Positions 34,171 through 37,804 of a stretch of DNA of 37,804 nucleotides are shown piece after piece. How positions within the stretch are numbered: position 1 is the stretch's first letter; every line of letters starts with the position of its first letter. A model generated the notes under the pieces. That model was not told the DNA's origin. It did no database searches and saw only the letters and a program-made list of their open reading frames with translations. The stretch is from a virus. Taxonomy: Duplodnaviria > Caudoviricetes. Made by a program: the position numbers and the translations under genes. The stretch spans positions 1 through 37,804 of IMG/VR virus record IMGVR_UViG_3300021082_000065. The stretch is one strand, 5' to 3'.

Positions 34171-34655
34171 CAGGCTGCCGTCGGGGTGCGCTCAGCGACG
34201 GTCACGACCCGCTTGTGCGCATCGCGGACGTGGGTCCGCAGGTCCCCCAGCCGTTCGGGGCTGGCGGTGAAGTCACAGTCGTCGCAGGCCAGGACCTTGC
34301 CGTTGCGGGGTGGCGTGGCGCCGAGGCTGTACAGGTCGTCAGCCTCGGCGCCACGATCGGGCTCGGCGGGCCGGCCGGGGCACTTGGTGCCTCCGCGATG
34401 AGCCCCGAGGCCTGCTGCGTTGGTGAACACCCGCCCGCAAGAAGGACAGGTGGCGGGCACCTGGCGCCGGCGCTTCACCCCGTTCACGGCCGCTCTCGGC
34501 TCATGCCCGTTGGCCTTCACCACCGGGGCAGGCGTGACGCCGTCCAGGGCGGCCAAGGCGACCAGCGCGGCGTCGAGGTGGGTGAGGCGCTCCGCCAGCG
34601 CGTCGCGCTCGGACGCGAGGGCCTGGCGGGCCTGGGTGATGGTGTCGGTTGTCAT
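34170..34655 (-). CDS. Coiled-coil protein with two C2H2/C2HC-type Zn fingers
   Basis: CPSCGRVFTNAAGLGAH...C and CDDCDF...LRTHVRDAH. Confidence 0.75.
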   Translation of the reverse strand: MTTDTITQARQALASERDALAERLTHLDAALVALAALDGVTPAPVVKANGHEPRAAVNGVKRRRQVPATCPSCGRVFTNAAGLGAHRGGTKCPGRPAEPDRGAEADDLYSLGATPPRNGKVLACDDCDFTASPERLGDLRTHVRDAHKRVVTVAERTPTAA

Positions 34656-34709
34656 GGTCCCCTCACCCCGGGTCGAACGGGGCGACGGCGCGCCGGTCGC
34701 GCTGAGGGG
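34655..34709 (-). ncRNA. 55-nt tRNA-like element lacking an anticodon arm
   Basis: 7-bp acceptor stem CCCCTCA/TGAGGGG, 5-bp T-stem CCCCG/CGGGG with loop TTCGACC, discriminator A and CCA. Confidence 0.65.
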
Positions 34710-34715
34710 CGCCCG

Positions 34716-35099
34716 TCAGGAGGCGGGCAGGAGGCTGGAGGCCGAGGGCGGCTCGGCCGCGCCGGGCGCCGCTCGGGTCACCTGGATGGACACCCGCTTG
34801 CGGGTGTTGCCGTTGGGCAGCCGGTCGATGGCGCCCAGCTCGATGGCGACGTGGTCGCCCAGCTCCGGCGCCGCGTCCACGATCCCGTTGGCCAGGTCGA
34901 GGAACGACAGGAACACCTCCTGCTCCTCGCCGCTGTCGTCGTGCCGCAGCGTGATGACGGGGGTGTCGCCGTAGGTGGAGGTGATGGTGCGGACGTTGGT
35001 GAGGACGCCGGCGATGCGGTCGCCGACGTTGGTGAACTTGAACCGCTCACGGAACTCTCCGTTGGAGGCGGGCCGGTGCTGCTCCCAGTCGATGGGCAT
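34716..35099 (-). CDS. Putative OB-fold ssDNA-binding protein
   Basis: FKFTNVGDRIAG...PELGDHVAI pattern; follows the exonuclease; start re-called at MPIDW. Confidence 0.6.
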   Translation of the reverse strand: MPIDWEQHRPASNGEFRERFKFTNVGDRIAGVLTNVRTITSTYGDTPVITLRHDDSGEEQEVFLSFLDLANGIVDAAPELGDHVAIELGAIDRLPNGNTRKRVSIQVTRAAPGAAEPPSASSLLPAS

Positions 35100-35145
35100 G
35101 TGGTTCCTGCTTTCTGTTGGCTCCCGGCGGTGTTGCCGGCGAGAT

Positions 35146-37083
35146 CTAGGCGGCGTCGGTGACGCCGTAGGTGAGCTGTGCGGCCAGCACCGGGTCGGCC
35201 ATGGCCTCCACCAGCGACCGCGGGGCATCGAGGCCGAGCTCGAGCGCCTGGGCCTTGGCGGCCGCGATGGCCGGACGGGCTCCGCCGTGACGGGCTGAGG
35301 CGGCCCTGGAGGCCTCCTGGGGCACGCCGATGGCGCTCAGGCGCCCCTGGTCGTCCCAGACGGGCGTCCAGCCCTCCTGGACGGCCTGGAAGAGGCTCAG
35401 GAGTCGCCAGGTGTCGGCCTCGGTGAGCCGGTCGACGGTCCGCTTGCCGCCCGACGCCATCTTGGCCAGCGTCGCTGCGTCGTCGTCGGTCAGCTTGTGC
35501 TGCTCCTGGGCGGTGCGAATCCGGTCCCAGCGGCGACGGTGCACCCAGGTGGCCCAGCGGAGCACGCGGCCCAGGTGCATGGCGTGGTCGACGGTGACCT
35601 TGCCGCTGGTCAGGTTGGGGATGCCCACGCAGCGCGCCTCGAGCCAGGCCAGCAGGTCGGGCGGGAGGGTCCGCAGCTGCTCGACGGTGCCCGCACACCA
35701 GTCGGCCGACGCCGGCAGCGACGCGGGGGCGTTGGGCGTCGAGGGGACCGCAGGCCGCTGGTCGAAGTCGAACGGGTCTCCCGCCGCCGGCGGCGAACCT
35801 TCGACCCCCAATGGTGAGGGGTCGTTCACGCCCACGTCGGGCGCAGGTCCGCCATGCCTCGCAAGGAAGAACGGGGTTTCCGGCGGCGGGAAGGTGGGCT
35901 GCTCGGTGGGCCAGGACACGGAGTGCTCCGCGTCGGCGGCCACGATCACGGCTTCGATGAGTGCCAGGTCGGTCAGGCTGTGACGCTCGGCGGTCTGGAA
36001 GGTGGGGACGCCGATCGGCCAGGCGGCGGCGACGGAGTCGAGGTAGGGCTTGCCCTGCTCGGCGTGGCCGTTGAGCAGCCGGGCGATGAGCCATTCCCGC
36101 AGGGCGGCGGCCTCGTCCCAGCCGGCGTCAGGGGCGGGTCCCTCGACCGGCTGGGACTGGATCTCCGGTGCCTCGGGCGAGGGGGTCGCCGGGCTCTCGG
36201 AGACGGTCGTGAGGAGCGGTGTGCAGATCGTGTCCTTGCGCTGTCCGAAGTTGCGCCGCTCCCGCCACTTCGCCGCCACCTCCAGGTCGATGCGACCTTC
36301 GACCAGGTCGACCTTGTAAAGGGTGCACAAGCCCTTGCCCGCCGGAAGGTGGATGATGATGCCGAGCTCGGCGTCGGTCTCGGGAACCGGGACCAGCTCG
36401 CACTCTGCTTCCTTGTCCGCGGGCCAGATCACCCGGGTCTCGGAGCCCTGGTACATGGCGAGCTGCGCGCCGAAGGCTTGAGGCTTCACCCCGTCGACCT
36501 TGCCGTCGACCACCTCACCGGAGCCTCCGGTCTTGAGGTCGCCGATGACGTGTAGCGGTCGTCCGTCGACCCGGAACATGCCATCGACTTGGCCCACCAC
36601 GCCGTAGAGCGCGTTGTAGAGGGTGACCTCGCACCATTCCGGGTCGGGGGTGATCCCGGCCTCGGCCAGGCAGCGCTGGTAGGCATCGATGTCGCGTTGA
36701 TGCAGCGCGCCCAGCGCGCCCAGTGACCCGGACCGGTTGAGGACCCGCACCATGTCGTGGAGGGCGTCGCCGATGTCGGCCCGGTCGCTGGCGCCCCCGG
36801 CATCCTTGCATTCCTCGAAGAGCGCCTTGCATCGCTTCTTGGCGTCGTCGTCCGCATACCAGGGGTCGGGGAACTCGGCGCACAGCGCGGCCCACTTGGC
36901 AGCCAGGCCTGGACGGCGGTGCATGCCGACGATCGCCGCGGTGGCCGCCCAGGGGATCAACCCCTCAGCGGTGTCGAGCGCCTTTATGAACGTGGTGCAG
37001 CGGGTGAAGCCCTTGGCCTTGTTCTCGCCGGGCAGGCGCAGCAGGTACCGGTCGCCCTTGGCGGTGTAGTGGGGCCCGGACAT
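35146..37083 (-). CDS. PD-(D/E)XK exonuclease (RecE/RecB-like) with long C-terminal extension
   Basis: RCTT, GDALH, E...GQVD...IGDLKTG, QLAMY, IIHLP. Confidence 0.85.
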   Translation of the reverse strand: MSGPHYTAKGDRYLLRLPGENKAKGFTRCTTFIKALDTAEGLIPWAATAAIVGMHRRPGLAAKWAALCAEFPDPWYADDDAKKRCKALFEECKDAGGASDRADIGDALHDMVRVLNRSGSLGALGALHQRDIDAYQRCLAEAGITPDPEWCEVTLYNALYGVVGQVDGMFRVDGRPLHVIGDLKTGGSGEVVDGKVDGVKPQAFGAQLAMYQGSETRVIWPADKEAECELVPVPETDAELGIIIHLPAGKGLCTLYKVDLVEGRIDLEVAAKWRERRNFGQRKDTICTPLLTTVSESPATPSPEAPEIQSQPVEGPAPDAGWDEAAALREWLIARLLNGHAEQGKPYLDSVAAAWPIGVPTFQTAERHSLTDLALIEAVIVAADAEHSVSWPTEQPTFPPPETPFFLARHGGPAPDVGVNDPSPLGVEGSPPAAGDPFDFDQRPAVPSTPNAPASLPASADWCAGTVEQLRTLPPDLLAWLEARCVGIPNLTSGKVTVDHAMHLGRVLRWATWVHRRRWDRIRTAQEQHKLTDDDAATLAKMASGGKRTVDRLTEADTWRLLSLFQAVQEGWTPVWDDQGRLSAIGVPQEASRAASARHGGARPAIAAAKAQALELGLDAPRSLVEAMADPVLAAQLTYGVTDAA

Positions 37084-37436
37084 CAGCAGATGACCAGGAC
37101 CGCGGGGACCGGGAAGGTGCCCCGGTAGACGTCACCGGAGGGGAGCAGCTGGTAGACCTCGACGGTCTCGAAGCCGGCCTTGAAGCCCACCGCCCCGGCA
37201 GCGACGGTGGTGCGCTCGACCAGCGAGGGCGCGCGCAGCTCGTAGGTGCCGGACGCGTTGGCCACCCAGGACCAGCGGTGACGGCCGACGACGGGGGCGG
37301 GACCGGAGGCGGGGCCTTCGGTGCAGACGTAGCTGAGCGTCGGGCGGGCCGGGATGCCGGGGCCTTCGGGGATGGCCTTCGGGGCGCAGGCGGCCAGCGC
37401 GACCAGGGCGAGGGGGACGAGGCGAACGCCGCGCAT
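37083..37436 (-). CDS. Lipoprotein, paralogue 1
   Basis: MRGVRLVPLALVALAA-C lipobox; TGATG coupling at both ends. Confidence 0.75.
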   Translation of the reverse strand: MRGVRLVPLALVALAACAPKAIPEGPGIPARPTLSYVCTEGPASGPAPVVGRHRWSWVANASGTYELRAPSLVERTTVAAGAVGFKAGFETVEVYQLLPSGDVYRGTFPVPAVLVIC

Positions 37437-37660
37437 CAGTCGATCTCCATGTACCACTCGGACGGCCCGTCGGCGAGGTGCTCGGTTGGGTCGACGTCGG
37501 GGTACTGGCTGATCACGAGATCGACCAGTGCCTCTCGGACCTGGTCGCCGAGGGCTTGCAGGACCTCGATCTTCGTGTTGTCGGCGAAGCCCGCGATGCG
37601 CCTCTCGGCGTCGTCGAGGATCTTCGAGGCGAGGTGCTCGGCGTAGGCGTTGGCGTTCAC
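37436..37660 (-). CDS. Hypothetical acidic protein
   Basis: 74 aa, coupled to both neighbours. Confidence 0.65.
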   Translation of the reverse strand: MNANAYAEHLASKILDDAERRIAGFADNTKIEVLQALGDQVREALVDLVISQYPDVDPTEHLADGPSEWYMEID

Positions 37661-37804
37661 GAGACCCCCCGGCGGGTCACCGAGGCGACAAGCAGGGTGA
37701 AGGCGACCACGAAGATGAACCCGGCGACGACGAGCAGCTGCGTGCTCTCCCGGCCGGTGGCGGGCAGCGACCGGGCGACCCGTGAGGTGTCCAGCGGAGG
37801 CGTG
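37657..37804 (-). CDS. C-terminal part of the LPxTG-anchored protein (joins 548..1)
   Basis: TPPLDTSRVARS-LPATG-RESTQ-LLVVAGFIFVVAFTLLVASVT-RRGVS-stop: sortase motif, TM helix, basic tail. Confidence 0.82.
   Translation of the reverse strand, partial: TPPLDTSRVARSLPATGRESTQLLVVAGFIFVVAFTLLVASVTRRGVS

Larger units (their letters stand above)
1..37804. mobile_element. Complete, circularly permuted temperate siphophage genome (Actinomycetota host inferred)
   Basis: Full module set (integrase/repressor, replication, packaging, head, tail, lysis), no host housekeeping genes, and one ORF continues in frame across the 1/37804 junction. Confidence 0.92.

Noticed and set aside
34655-34709. Calling the tRNA-like element a true tRNA gene
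   Set aside because: At 55 nt it has no anticodon stem-loop and cannot decode; reported as a tRNA-like element instead.
35146-37083. Cas4 or defence nuclease
   Set aside because: No four-Cys Fe-S cluster pattern is evident, and the context (SSB-like gene, WhiB, primase) fits a phage recombination exonuclease.

Overview
The window appears to be a complete, circularly permuted genome of a temperate siphovirus infecting a high-GC Actinomycetota host (WhiB gene, LPxTG protein, leaderless promoters). One ORF reads in frame across the end-to-start junction. Almost all genes are on the minus strand. Early region: Cro/Xis-like HTH, C2H2-type Zn-finger proteins, an LPxTG-anchored protein, two paralogous lipoproteins, PD-(D/E)XK exonuclease, SSB-like protein, WhiB, and a prim-pol/helicase with a putative ori. 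Late region: TerS, TerL, a portal-MuF fusion, prohead protease, a ~5.3 kb insertion (glycosyltransferase, 2OG-Fe(II) dioxygenase, HNH, methyltransferase, dTDP-glucose 4,6-dehydratase, exported transglycosylase), HK97-type capsid, neck and tail genes with a -1 frameshifted chaperone, a split endolysin, holin and a 14-repeat fibre-like protein. Only the repressor, a small tyrosine integrase and one lipoprotein are on the plus strand. The strongest unannotated signals are: (1) six copies of a promoter-like motif AGGTCAAC-N10-NANNNT ahead of late gene blocks; (2) a 55-nt anticodon-less tRNA-like element that hides a ribosome-binding site and whose CCA end overlaps a start codon; (3) a sugar-synthesis and modification cassette inside the head module. 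All calls come from reading motifs by eye; no searches were run.
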